From contig OZ024744.1 of the NCBI GenBank assembly GCA_964016885.1, forward strand, positions 54,126,001 to 54,190,000: 64,000 nt of DNA, in the 5' to 3' direction. Shown here one piece after another: positions 13,101 through 24,599 of this stretch (position 1 is its first letter; each line of letters starts with the position of its first letter). The notes under the pieces are model-generated. The model was not told where the DNA came from. It did no database searches and saw only the letters and a program-made list of their open reading frames with translations. The position numbers and the translations under genes were made by a program. Source of the stretch: Eledone cirrhosa (Eukaryota).

Positions 13101-14858
13101 TGTTCAATTCATCTACCACTAAATTTAGGATGTCAACCGAATCTTGTCCTAGCCCGTCAGCATTCATCTCCTCAGTGGCCGTATCTCTGTTCCAGGTATT
13201 ATTTATCTCAGTATTCAGATCATTGTCTGCTTCGGGTGGTTCCTCCGTTCTCTCGACCTCTTCACCTTCATTTCCCACTGGCTCGTTTGCCTGGCATACT
13301 CCACTCTCCATCTCCAAGCTAATCTCTCTGCTCAGTTCCTCCAGTTCCAGCTCGCTTATCCACCCATTAGTTCTTATTACCCGAGCCTGCCCGGCCAATT
13401 TTTGTTCATCTAATTTAAATAGACCAATCTCGTTCCAGATGTTATGCATCCGTCTCCTATAGCCCCTCTCCTTGGGGTTACTTTTCAGGTAACATTGCAT
13501 AACAGTTCTATTCAATTCTTTCGTCCAGTTGGTTCTGGTCCCTTTCCTTCTTCTTCTTCCTCCGACACCAGCAGTATTTGGTTGACAGCCAGGTTCCTGC
13601 TGCTGAGCCAGGGAGCACCTGTGGGGTGAGAGTTTGTCACATGACGTTCTAGTCTCCATTTCACCGTTATTCGAACTGTTTAGGTTCGATATTTAAACAC
13701 GCTTATCGAGGATTGGCGAATGTATGGTTACATAACCATCTGTGGATTCACCGTCTCCGGTGGTTGCGCCGCTCCACTTGGCTCTTGTGTGGCATTATCA
13801 CCACGCTGTAGACGAACACAAACAAACAAACAAACAAACAGGCAGAAAAAACCCCCAAAATGAATAAGCATAAGTTTCATTGTAATGTAGTGTTCAAATT
13901 TTCCCTTCTCTTCTCTGTCCGTCCGCTTGTTTCTCTCTTCATTCTTATTTTCTTTACGTTTTTTTTTTGTTTTTTTTTTCTCTGTTTGTTTTTCTCTTTT
14001 TTTGTTGTTGTTGCTGTGCTGCTTTGGTTTTGATGTTTGCTTTTTCTTTTGAGTCTATCTATATATTTTGATGCCTTCCCCTTTTTTAGTAGGAATTCTA
14101 TAATGTGGTGGCAGCAACTAGCAGGAAGCAATGGGAGAGAATAGCGGCGGTAGCGATACTGAGACAGTGGTGGTGGTGATGTCGATACTGAGGCAGTGGT
14201 GGTGGTGATGTGATCGTATTACTGTAGTGATGGTGTTGTAGCGGTGGTAGCAATGAAGGAGTGGTGGCGGCGGTGATGGGATAGTGGTAGTAATGATGGA
14301 TGGGCGGCGTTGTCGTTACTGATTTCCGTTCGGTGAATCTATGGGGTTAGTCTCGTACATGTGTTGACATAAATTCCCTTAATGTTGGAATTAAACATTT
14401 TGTTAAAACTTGGGACAATAATAATAGTATTTATTATTATCATTATTATGTTGAGATTGGTTGTGGTGGTGGTGAAATTGCCGTTATCTGGCCGTTGTGT
14501 TTAGTGTACACAGAGAGGTGATGGGGTAGGTGGTGTATCTAGTTTCTGGTGTTGGTGAGATTGGTGTTGTTTGGCTGTTCTATATAGTGTAGACAGAGGA
14601 GGGGAGGGTCCTTCTTCTTCCATTTATAGCCATTTTCTTTTTTGAATATACAATGTACAATACAAAGTTGAATATTTGAATATTTGAGCCTTATAGCAAT
14701 ATATTTTGGGTCCGAATTTTTTGAGGGCTCAAGCCGGATGCTTTACGTAGCATTTGTACTAAGAGTTGTTATTCCACAAATGATTTAAATATGTTAAAAA
14801 TTCAAAACTTACGGGAGCGATTTCATGACCTTCTACCACCTCGTGCGTCTTCTTCCCT
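10194..14858 (-). mobile_element. Dong/R4-clade LINE, copy B; near full length, ORF disrupted
   Basis: ORFs 12700-13659, 12099-12443, 11563-11862 (FMDDLK), 10469-11596 (CCHC + PD..D RLE); flanked by (ATT)n at both ends. Confidence 0.9.
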
Positions 14859-14895
14859 TTATCATTATTATTATTCGTGCGTCTTCTTCCCTTTA

Positions 14896-14960
<65 letters not shown>
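14859..14960. repeat. (ATT)n microsatellite including a 34-bp tandem duplication of the Dong 5' junction
   Basis: TCGTGCGTCTTCTTCCCTTTATCATTATTATTAT at 14841-14874 and 14875-14908. Confidence 0.9.
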
Positions 14961-14970
<10 letters not shown>

Positions 14971-15021
14971 CAAATTATAAACTAAGAAGTAATAGACACA
15001 GTTATATACCTATTTTTTCTT

Positions 15022-15120
15022 CAAAGTCGACTGTACAGTTTCGTTGGTCAATTTGCAACAAGTTTACATTATAGAAGTGCAATATCGTTGGGAGGCAAAC
15101 CAGCTTCTCAAGGAACTCCT
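15022..15120 (-). ncRNA. Degenerate type I hammerhead ribozyme motif (U3-A8 variant, long stem II)
   Basis: Minus strand UUGAGAA-gcuggu...accaac-GAAA-cug-ua-cag-UC; stem I weak. Confidence 0.5.
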
Positions 15121-15443
15121 CAGGGAGAGAGCGCTTTCCAGTCATGTTAGCAGCAAGTGAGAAAATCTCAAAAGGCGGAGGGAGAGATTACCACGTGATA
15201 CACCGGTCAAGAAAGGGGTTGAATCCCTTGTAGCAGTGAAAAAAATCTTGAAAGGCGGGGGTTGGACCCACACACACATCGCACCTCGAGGTGTTCGCCG
15301 GGGAAACAATTGTAATACGTAATAAATTGAGTTCCGATGCATCACTGATTCTTCGTTTTCCATTCTATCATACTCTGCTCAGTAGGGGCATAGAGTGCTC
15401 AACCGGCATACCGCCTATGGACGCATCCTAGCTACCATGAGAC

Positions 15444-15445
<2 letters not shown>

Positions 15446-15537
<92 letters not shown>
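15446..15537. repeat. (AT)n microsatellite
   Basis: Read directly. Confidence 0.97.
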
Positions 15538-15539
<2 letters not shown>

Positions 15540-16639
15540 AATATGTTCCAAATATATGATTCCCAATGTTGATTAAATAAATCCCATTACTACTACATTA
15601 TCTTAGTTACTTCGAAGGAGTATGGTCAAAGTCAAACTTGGTGAGATTTGAACTCATATGAAGATTCAGAACAAATACCACGATGATATTTTATCTGACG
15701 CTCTACTAATTCTGATAATTTACCAACTTTATATTATTCATAATACTGAAGAGCAAGTAGTAAGAAACTCTCTGGAGAGCTGGACAGCAGAACGTTTTCA
15801 GAGAAGAAATATCCCCGCCCTCAGGCAAATGTTTGGCCCTTAACAATTTAAGGGTGCCGGGCCACATCTAGGGTACCATTCTACTATCACTTTTAGTCAC
15901 TTGCTTATCTCACTGTTGTGCATTTAAACCGTATGGAGATTGTGTCACTCCCTGTAACTCCTCTCCTTTGCCATTACTTTCAAACTTATATTTTTACACT
16001 TTCTCAGGTTTGGAAAACTAACGTTGGTAGTCATCGTAACGGGGAGACGTGAACAATATCACCGCTGCCACCAACATTACAACAACGACTCACTCACAAT
16101 TACCTTCCATAACATATGTTAAAATACAAATATAATACCCTCAAATTGTAAGGAGGTTGATTTTGTCCTCCTCGAACAGTTCCCACTGGAACCACTTTCC
16201 ACGTCTGAAATTGCCTTTAGGACTTTTGTCCTGTTCTTCCTTGAGTTTGAGAGTTGTTCATGAGATTATAGGGAGAATTCACCATATAAACTCTGTCTAT
16301 AGAAGTCCGTAGATTTTTGTTTACATTTTCCAAAACTGTACAGTAATGATTGTGCAGTTTTGTAAAATGTAAACAAAAATCTATGGACTTTTTGTGCGTT
16401 CGAAAAGATGAACTTATTGAGGTAATTATTTATAAGATATTGATTCCTATGAGTCCCCCAAGGCCGAAACAATTGTAAATCAAATTATGATTTAAATAGG
16501 TGTTTGGTTACATTTTTTAATGAATAATTTGTTCCATAAGTAAATAATCAAACACAGTAAGGGTTGATATATATATATTTTTTTTGTTAATTATATATAA
16601 CCGTGTGTACAGATTATTATAATAAATTATCGATCTTCG

Positions 16640-17412
16640 AGTCTACTCACCTTGAGCCGCTGATTTCTGTCCTTCGAGGTAATGTTTTACCTAACACAGT
16701 TTCGACAATATTTTGCTTTTTTAACAGCTTCCTTACGCCGAGTTTTTCCGTTTTCCTACGAATTCTAATACACTCGCCTTTCGGAAGTCGATATTCCAGT
16801 TAATTTTGTTTACACCTTCTCATAGTTATTCTAGGCCTCTATCGTCAATTGATACCATGCTGAAGGTGCGTTGTCTTTTCTTTCATTTTCGTCTGTTCTC
16901 TTTTCTCTCTTACTGCTCCTTTTCTTTCTCTCCCTCCCTGTCACTTTTGACTTCTTTCTTCCTCTCTCCCTTCTACAGGCCACTTCTGGTTACAGTACCA
17001 TTGTTCTTCCTTTCTCGCGACGACTTGAGGTCCATTGGACACACTCCATTTTCTCTCTCTCTGCCCTGTCCCAAAACAAACAGTATACCAACGAAGATAT
17101 TTATTTCTCCGCTGTTAAGAGCTACCTATTCTTCACAGTAATTTCAGTTTAATCGTTGAAACTGCAGGTTGTCTGAAATCTGATGAGCATATTTTAATGT
17201 TTATGATCTCTTCTCATCCATTCTATTTCTTCCTTCCTATCAATTCTTCGAGTCAACTCACTTCTAGCCGCTAATTTCTATCCTTCGAGGTAATATTTTA
17301 CCCAACGCCGCTTCGACGACATTTTGCTGTTTTAACATCTTCCGTACGCCGAAGTTTTCCATTTTCCTACGAATTCTAATACACTTGCCTTTCAAAACCC
17401 GATATTCGAGTT
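16640..17412. repeat. Pair of diverged ~163-bp direct repeats, 610 bp apart
   Basis: 16640-16801 aligns with 17250-17412 (e.g. TCCTTCGAGGTAAT, TTTTCCTACGAATTCTAATACAC). Confidence 0.85.
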
Positions 17413-17699
17413 TATATATATATATATATGCTTTGGAATTTTTGTTCGCCTTTTGCATATATATATCATATTATATTTAAGCGAAAACAAAAACAAAAAC
17501 ACATTTAGGGAATTTAAACGAGACAGGCAAAACTAAGTTAGTTTCACTTAAACATTTCAATGAATGAATGAAATAAATACATAAGATATTATTCAGAGAA
17601 GCTACATTACATATTAAATTATAAGCGAAAAGAAACTCTCTTTATGGGACTATAAACCAGACAGACAGAATTAAGTTAGTCTCATTTCTATACACATCT

Positions 17700-18200
17700 C
17701 CGGACCATGGTTTCGAACGCAGAAGAAACAACAAATTACTGGAATAACCAATATTGGAGGAATCCGTGATACTCTTAAGGGGAGTTGTTCTTCAAACTAT
17801 AAAGCTATATCGATAATGAAAGTATACATACCTTTCCATTGTCGATACCGTATGCTGCCCAAAAGACGTTGTGTTGTTGAACTATTAAATAATCAAATCT
17901 CTAGTACATTTGGACTATGCGCGAGGCTTATACTGATGCTAGAAATAGTTGCAAAAACCCGAAGGTGTAAGATTAATTATATGAAGAGTTTTCTAATGCA
18001 TAGCGAAATGAACAGACCTCCTTTTTCTCGAACACAATGTTTTCGTTTTTGCCAGAGCACACTCTCCTTTCTCTTATTATTTCTTCTTTAAGTTCTCATT
18101 ATACTTTTCTATGAAAGACTAGCCTCCGAAACGTTAAATGTTTCTATCATATTATGCGTGAAACTAATATATATTCATCTCCTGTAGTGTTTTATTTCGT
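17700..18200 (+). mobile_element. Possible highly decayed Penelope-like 3' end
   Basis: Decayed hammerhead-like CT-ATGA...CGAAACGTT at about 18109-18135; weak coding resemblance only. Confidence 0.3.
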
Positions 18201-18645
18201 TTACTTTTCACACATACACAACACACTCATATATATCTATATATATAGGAAAAGAATCAGGACCCCGACGGCTGAGCTCCGGCCGTTTCGACAAGTAGAT
18301 CTGAACTAACCCACTCTACTACCCTAGTATTGAGTACTCTGGTGCGCTATGGTCCACCTGGTTTCTTACCACACTTTCTTTGTCCTCTCTCCCTCTCTCT
18401 CTCTCTCTTTCTCGATATATATATATATTCAATTAGAAAGTGAACAACACAATATATAACTACTCCATTACCAAATGATTCAGGATCCTCGACAATATTG
18501 ACATACGTCTAGTTCGTTCATCAGATAAAAAAGTTATAAATATATGAAAATACGAAATGAAATTGAAAATCTATTAAGATTGAACGTGAAACTGAAAAAT
18601 ATAACGGAAATACGTAATAAAGAATATATGTAAAAATTATATAAA

Positions 18646-18840
18646 GGGCGGTGAATTGGCAGTATCGGTAGAGGGTTGGACGCCATGCTTTGATGCATAG
18701 AGTTACGGCTCTTGCCATTCTGAGTTCAAATCCCGCCTAGATTACTAGATTAACTTTGCCTTTCATCCTTACGGGGTCGATAAAATAAAGTACCAGTAAT
18801 GCACTGGGATAATTGCTGGCCTTGTGCCAAAAGTAGAAAC
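18646..18840 (+). mobile_element. tRNA-derived Deu/Nin-like SINE
   Basis: Matches 6577-6761; TSD AATTATATAAAG at 18635-18646/18841-18852. Confidence 0.92.
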
Positions 18841-19024
18841 AATTATATAAAGATTATATAGAAAATTATAAAAATTATAAAAATTAGGAAGCATATGTGT
18901 AGATACATACACATATACACATAAACGCATTCAGATATAAGTAAAATGTATATATATATATATATACACGACAAATACATATACGCGTGCACATACATAT
19001 ATATGAAACAAACACATACGTATA

Positions 19025-20050
19025 AACACAAACCACTCCAGTCAAATCACATTAGTCTGTAATGTCTGGACACAAACCACTCCAGTCACATCACATCAGT
19101 CTATCAGTGTGTAGACACAACAACTCCAACAAGTTGACATCAGTCTGTCACGTTCTGGACTCCAACCACAATCTCATTAGACATTTCATGTCTCGACACA
19201 AACCACTCCAATTGCAATCTCATTAGTCTGTCAATTGCAGAAAACCAACCAAATACGTATTAGTATGTTAAATTATGGACACAAACCACATCAACACAGA
19301 CTCATTAGATTGTAAATCAATGAAACAAAACCAAATCACATCAGACTGTTAAGTTCTGAACACCAACCAAAATCCCATTAGTCTGTCAGGTTATGGACAC
19401 CAGCTACATAACATAAGTCTGTCAATGTCATAACACCAACAACAATCACATTAGACACGGACAAAACACCAACCACATCACATTAGCCTGTAACGTTCTG
19501 AACACCAACTAGATCATATAAGTCTGTCAAGGTCAACATACTAACCACATTGCATAAGTCTGTCAAGGACAAAACAACAACCACATCACAGAAGATTATC
19601 AATGTCATAACAGCAACATCAATCACATTAGACAGGCACGGACAAAACACCAACCACATCACATAAGATTATCAATGTCATAACAGCACCATCAATCACA
19701 TTAGACAGTCACGGACAAAACACCAACCACATCATATAAGATTATCAATGTCATAACAGCAACATCAATCACATTAGACAGTCACGGACAAAACACCAAC
19801 CACATCACAGAAGATTATCAATGTCATAACAGCACCATCAATCACATTAGACAGTCACGGACAAAACACCAACCACATCATATAAGATTATCAATGTCAA
19901 AGCAGCAACCTCAATCACATTAGACAGTCACGGACAAAACACCAACCACATCATATAAGATTATCAATTTCAAAATAGCAACCTCAATCACATTAGATAG
20001 TCTCAGTCAGAACACCAACCACATCACATTAGCCTGACAAGTTCTGAACA
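19025..20050. repeat. Minisatellite of ~36-41-bp monomers with a homogeneous 73-bp dimer core
   Basis: GGACAAAACACCAACC recurs at 19640, 19713, 19786, 19859, 19932. Confidence 0.9.
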
Positions 20051-20584
20051 AAAACAATACCAATTTCATTATACGACATCAAAGGGTTTAAAAACTTCCA
20101 TCCCTGATAAATTGATTTAAAGAAGTAAGAATATTTTTCCTTTCTCTAACCCTAACTTTTAAGATCATAGCGTCTATTTTTGCGGTTGAATGGTTATTAT
20201 TTATGATGCTAGAAAAATTGAATTGAATCAATAAACACCGTACTGTTTAGATAGTTGCTACAGTTTCATATAAGTAAATGTTGAATCTGCCATTGGCTAG
20301 CAAACTTTTAAACATAAACCTATATTTTCTGTAAACTTTCAAAGTTTATATATTAATGAAAGTATTTTCTGTTGACCGGAGTTCAGTAGAGAAGCATACA
20401 ACTGAAATATAAGTAAGTTGCATACTATTGTATTTATTCTTTGATTTTAAGTGTAGTTTTCTGTAATTCTCTTATAAATCATTTGTGATTTAGAGTCACC
20501 AACATCACGTTAGTTTTATTTATGTGAAACCAGTATGTTTTTTTGGTGTTTATTTTGTTGAAGCTACAATGATTAAGGGTGAGA

Positions 20585-21742
20585 CCAACTCACAACAGAG
20601 AGTTACTCTGCCACATCTGGTAACACACAACATAGAGAGTTACTCTATCACATCTGGTAACACACAACATAGAGAGTACCTCTATCTCATCTGGTAACAC
20701 ACAACACAGAGAGTTACTTTATCACATCTGTTAACACACAACAGAGAGAGTAACACTGTCTGATCTGGTAACTCACAACAGAGAGAGTTATTCTGCCACA
20801 TCTGGTAACACACAACAGAGAGAGTTATTCTGTTACATCTGCCATCTCACAACAGAGAGAGTAACTCTGTCACATCTGCCATCTCACAACAAAGAGTGTT
20901 ACTCTATCACATCTGCCAATTTACAATATAGAGAGGTATATCTCCTCTGCCAACTCACAACAAAGAGAGGTACAACATCACATCCACCAACTCATAAGAA
21001 AGAGAATCACATCTTATATATATGAACTAACAACAAAGAGAGGTACCGCATCACATCCAACAACTCACAACAAAAGAGACACAACATCCACCATATAACA
21101 ACAAAGAGAGACACAGCATCACATCCACTAACTCACAACAAAGTGAGGTACCACATCACATCCACTATCTCACAACAAAGAGAGACACAGCATCACATCC
21201 ACAAACTAACAACAAAGAGAATACCCCCACCACATCCACCAACTTACAACAAACATAATCACATCACATCTACCAACTCACAACAAAGAGAGACACATCT
21301 CATATATTAACTCACAATAAAGAGAAGTACCACATCACAATTGCCAACTTACAACAAAGTGAGGTAAACATCACATCCACCATCTCACAACTAAGATAAT
21401 CACATCCACCAACTTACAACAAAAAGAGCCACATCATCACATCCACCATCTCACAACAAAGAGAATTACATCTCATATATTAACTCACAATAAAGAGAAG
21501 TACCCCATCACATCCACCAACTCACAACTAAGAGAATTACATCTCATATATTAACTCACAACAAAAAGAGGTACCGCATCACATCCACCAACTTACAACA
21601 AAAAGGGCCACATCATCACATCCACCATCTCACAACAAAGAGAATCACATCTCATATATTAACTCATAATAAAGAGAGGTACCACATCACAACTTCCAAA
21701 TTACAAACAAGAGAGGTACAACATCCCATCTGCTAACTCACC
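20585..21742. repeat. ~37-bp minisatellite with a sequence gradient along the array
   Basis: CACAACAGAGAGAGTTACTCTGTCACATCTGGTAACA grades into CACAACAAAGAGAGGTACCACATCACATCCACCAACT. Confidence 0.9.
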
Positions 21743-21987
21743 ACTTATTGCTATAGTAATAATAGAAATAATTAATTTGATAATGATACCAGTAATTGAA
21801 ATGTCCTCACATATCCTAAAGGTAGTAATAATAAATTGAAATTGGTGAAGTCTAGAATGAAGCCCAACAATCTCTTACTGTGTCTAGTGAAAGGTTTTGG
21901 TTGAAGTGAAACAGACTGTAAAAACTGTAATGTATTGCTGGAAGTTATTTTATAGAAACCTGTATGTATTGAGTACAACATGTATCA

Positions 21988-22172
21988 GGGCGTTGGCAGT
22001 ATCGGTAGAGAGTCGGACGCCATGCTTTCCAGCATAGAGTTACGCCCCTTTATGGTCTGAGTTCAAATCCCGCCGCGGTTAACTTTGCTTTCATCCTTAC
22101 ATGGTCGATAAAATAAAGTACCAGTAATGCACTGGAATAATTGCTGGCCTTGTGCCAATAGTAGAAACAATT
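21988..22172 (+). mobile_element. tRNA-derived Deu/Nin-like SINE
   Basis: Same family sequence, ends AGAAACAATTATT. Confidence 0.9.
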
Positions 22173-22208
22173 ATTGAAACTGATTCAACTGACATGAGAG
22201 GTGGATAA

Positions 22209-23747
22209 CACCGTGTAACAAAAAAAAAATGTTTTCTCTGTTCCTGGCTTGTAATCACTTTTTTGTGTTGCTTAGGTCCCAAATAAATAAAAAAAGTGCT
22301 ATTAAACAGTTAAAAGTTTGGGTTTGTAAAAACTCTAAGCTATTCACTAGAATTATTTGTATGCTGGATTTTACGTTGTATGTAAGTTTAATTTGCTTAT
22401 GTTAAATGATTTTTTTAATATATGTTTCAGGTTAAATTAAAATAATAAAATAAAGAGTAATACCTAAAGAAAATTATAAAAGTGCAATAAAGTATAAAAT
22501 TGTTAAAAAGTGGATTAAAGAGATTTATTGATACTGGATTTTTGCACCCTGAATAAAGGGTAAGTTGTGTTTTAAGCACGAATTTTCATTAGTATGATTA
22601 GTGTTTTTTTTTATTATTTAAATATGTATTTCTCTTTCCAATATTTATTTTGTATTGCATATTAAATTTATAGTTGGGACCCGGAACATCATGTGGGACC
22701 ACTCGTTGATCCCAGGATTGTGCTCATGCCGCCTCTGCACATTAAGTTGGGGTTGATGAAGCAATTTGTGAAGGCTCTCAACCAAGAATAAGCCGTTTTT
22801 AAGTACCTTCTTGAGTTCTTCCACAAGTTATCTAAGGCCAAAATCAAAGGTGGAATTTTTGTTGGGCCTCAGATAAAGAAGGTGTTTGAGTCTACCAAGT
22901 TCTCCAATAAGCTCAATAGGATTGAGAGAACAGCATGGAACTGTTTCAAGGCAGTTGTTAAGGGCTTCCTGGGCAACTACAGAGCTGAAAACTACCAGCA
23001 ACTGGTGCAGGATCTGATAAAGGCTTTTGGCGCCATGTGATGCAGGATGTCGCTTAAACTCCATATGCTGGACGCTCACCTGGAAAAATTCAAGGACAAT
23101 ATGGGCGCCTACTCAGAAGAACAAGGCGAACGATTCCACCAAGATGTGAATGAGATAGAGCGGAGGTACCAGGGCCACTACAATGAAAAATTGATAGGGG
23201 ACTATATCTGGGGGCTAGTGCGGGAATGCGACCTGGGCTACAACCGCAAATCCAGGAAATCCAGTCATTTCTGACGTGTATAAGTTGCTTTATAAGTGTT
23301 ATTTGTTTTTACTTGTTTGCTTTTGATAATCTTGTGTAATAAAATAAATATATACTCTGTTGATTTAATTATATGAACTGATAAATTAAAATAAAATGTG
23401 TTTTTTCTTGAAAAATATGAACATCTCGAAATATCAAACTCCTGACCACAAACCCAAAATTCTGATTAAATAATAGTGTTTTTTTAAATAATTGTTTCTA
23501 CTTTAGGCACAAGGCCAGCAATTACCCAGTGCATTACTGGTACTTTATTTTATTGACCCCGTAAGGAGGATGAAAGGCAAAGTCAACCTCGGCGGGATTT
23601 GAACTCAGATCGTAAAGGGACGTAACTATGCTGGAAAGCATGGTGTCCGACCCTCTACCGATACTGCCAATCTTTAAATAATAATGGGATATAACAAACC
23701 ATTAAATGATACTTAGAACCGGGAAACAAAAAATATGTTACACGGTG
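22209..23747 (+). mobile_element. Chapaev3 (CMC) DNA transposon, internally deleted
   Basis: TIR CACCGTGTAACA (22209-22220)/TGTTACACGGTG (23736-23747); TAA TSD on both sides; transposase C-terminus PPLHIKLGLMKQFVKAL..GIFVGPQI..MSLKLHMLDAH..SEEQGERFHQD..ERRYQG at about 22720-23274 with stops. Confidence 0.88.
23488..23672 (-). mobile_element. tRNA-derived SINE inserted in Chapaev3
   Basis: Reverse complement of the family; TTTAAATAAT flanks both sides. Confidence 0.9.
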
Positions 23748-23784
23748 TAATTGGTAGAATCATTAGTGTTGTATGAAATAGGTA

Positions 23785-23839
23785 TATGTATACACACACA
23801 CACACATATATAGATACAATATATATATATATATGTACA

Positions 23840-23909
<70 letters not shown>

Positions 23910-24095
23910 GTAATCTGAGTTTTTCGATTATTAATAATAATATCCGATTCGTTTGCAATTATGCAAACAGCTTTTTAGAAAATATATATTTTCACTAACG
24001 CTGACAGTTGGCAGGTGTGTGTGTGTCTGTGAGTGTGTGTGTGTGTGAGTGTGTGTGTGTATGTGTGAGTGTGTCTCTTTCTCTCTCTCTCTCTG
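23785..24095. repeat. (AT)n, (TG)n and (CT)n microsatellite cluster
   Basis: Read directly. Confidence 0.9.
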
Positions 24096-24599
24096 TAGAA
24101 ATATACGAAGGTGTGAAAAAGGAAATAGGAAAACAGTGCTCAATCTAGAAAAGAGCTGAAATAGTATATAATTTATTTATGTTAAACAAAAGCACTACCT
24201 AATGTTTCAAGGCCCAATATTAACCACACCTCCAAAATATGAGAGATCAAAATTGTGAGCTAATCTTCAGACACTTATATGAGTTTATAAGATAACCTTA
24301 TAAGTAATGGGGATTGATACGCTAGTTTACGAAACACCTATTATAACAAATTGAAATATCTCCAAGTTGTAAATTTGAAATAGCGAAATCTTACCGGTGT
24401 TGTTATTCGCAGTCTATAGCAGAAATATGATATTATGTCGTGGTATTGAGATGGTAATGTTTACTAAAGTATGAGATAGAGAAGTATAGAATAGTATTAT
24501 GTACCCTTGAAAATTTGAAAAAAAGAAAGATAAACAGAAGATAATATGAAAATATGTAAATCAAATTAAGATGGTTGAAAATGAGTAGAATTTTTTTTA

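Noticed and set aside
19025-21742. ~36-37-bp periodic repeats resembling a CRISPR array
   Set aside because: No unique spacers, no cas genes, eukaryotic context; plain minisatellites
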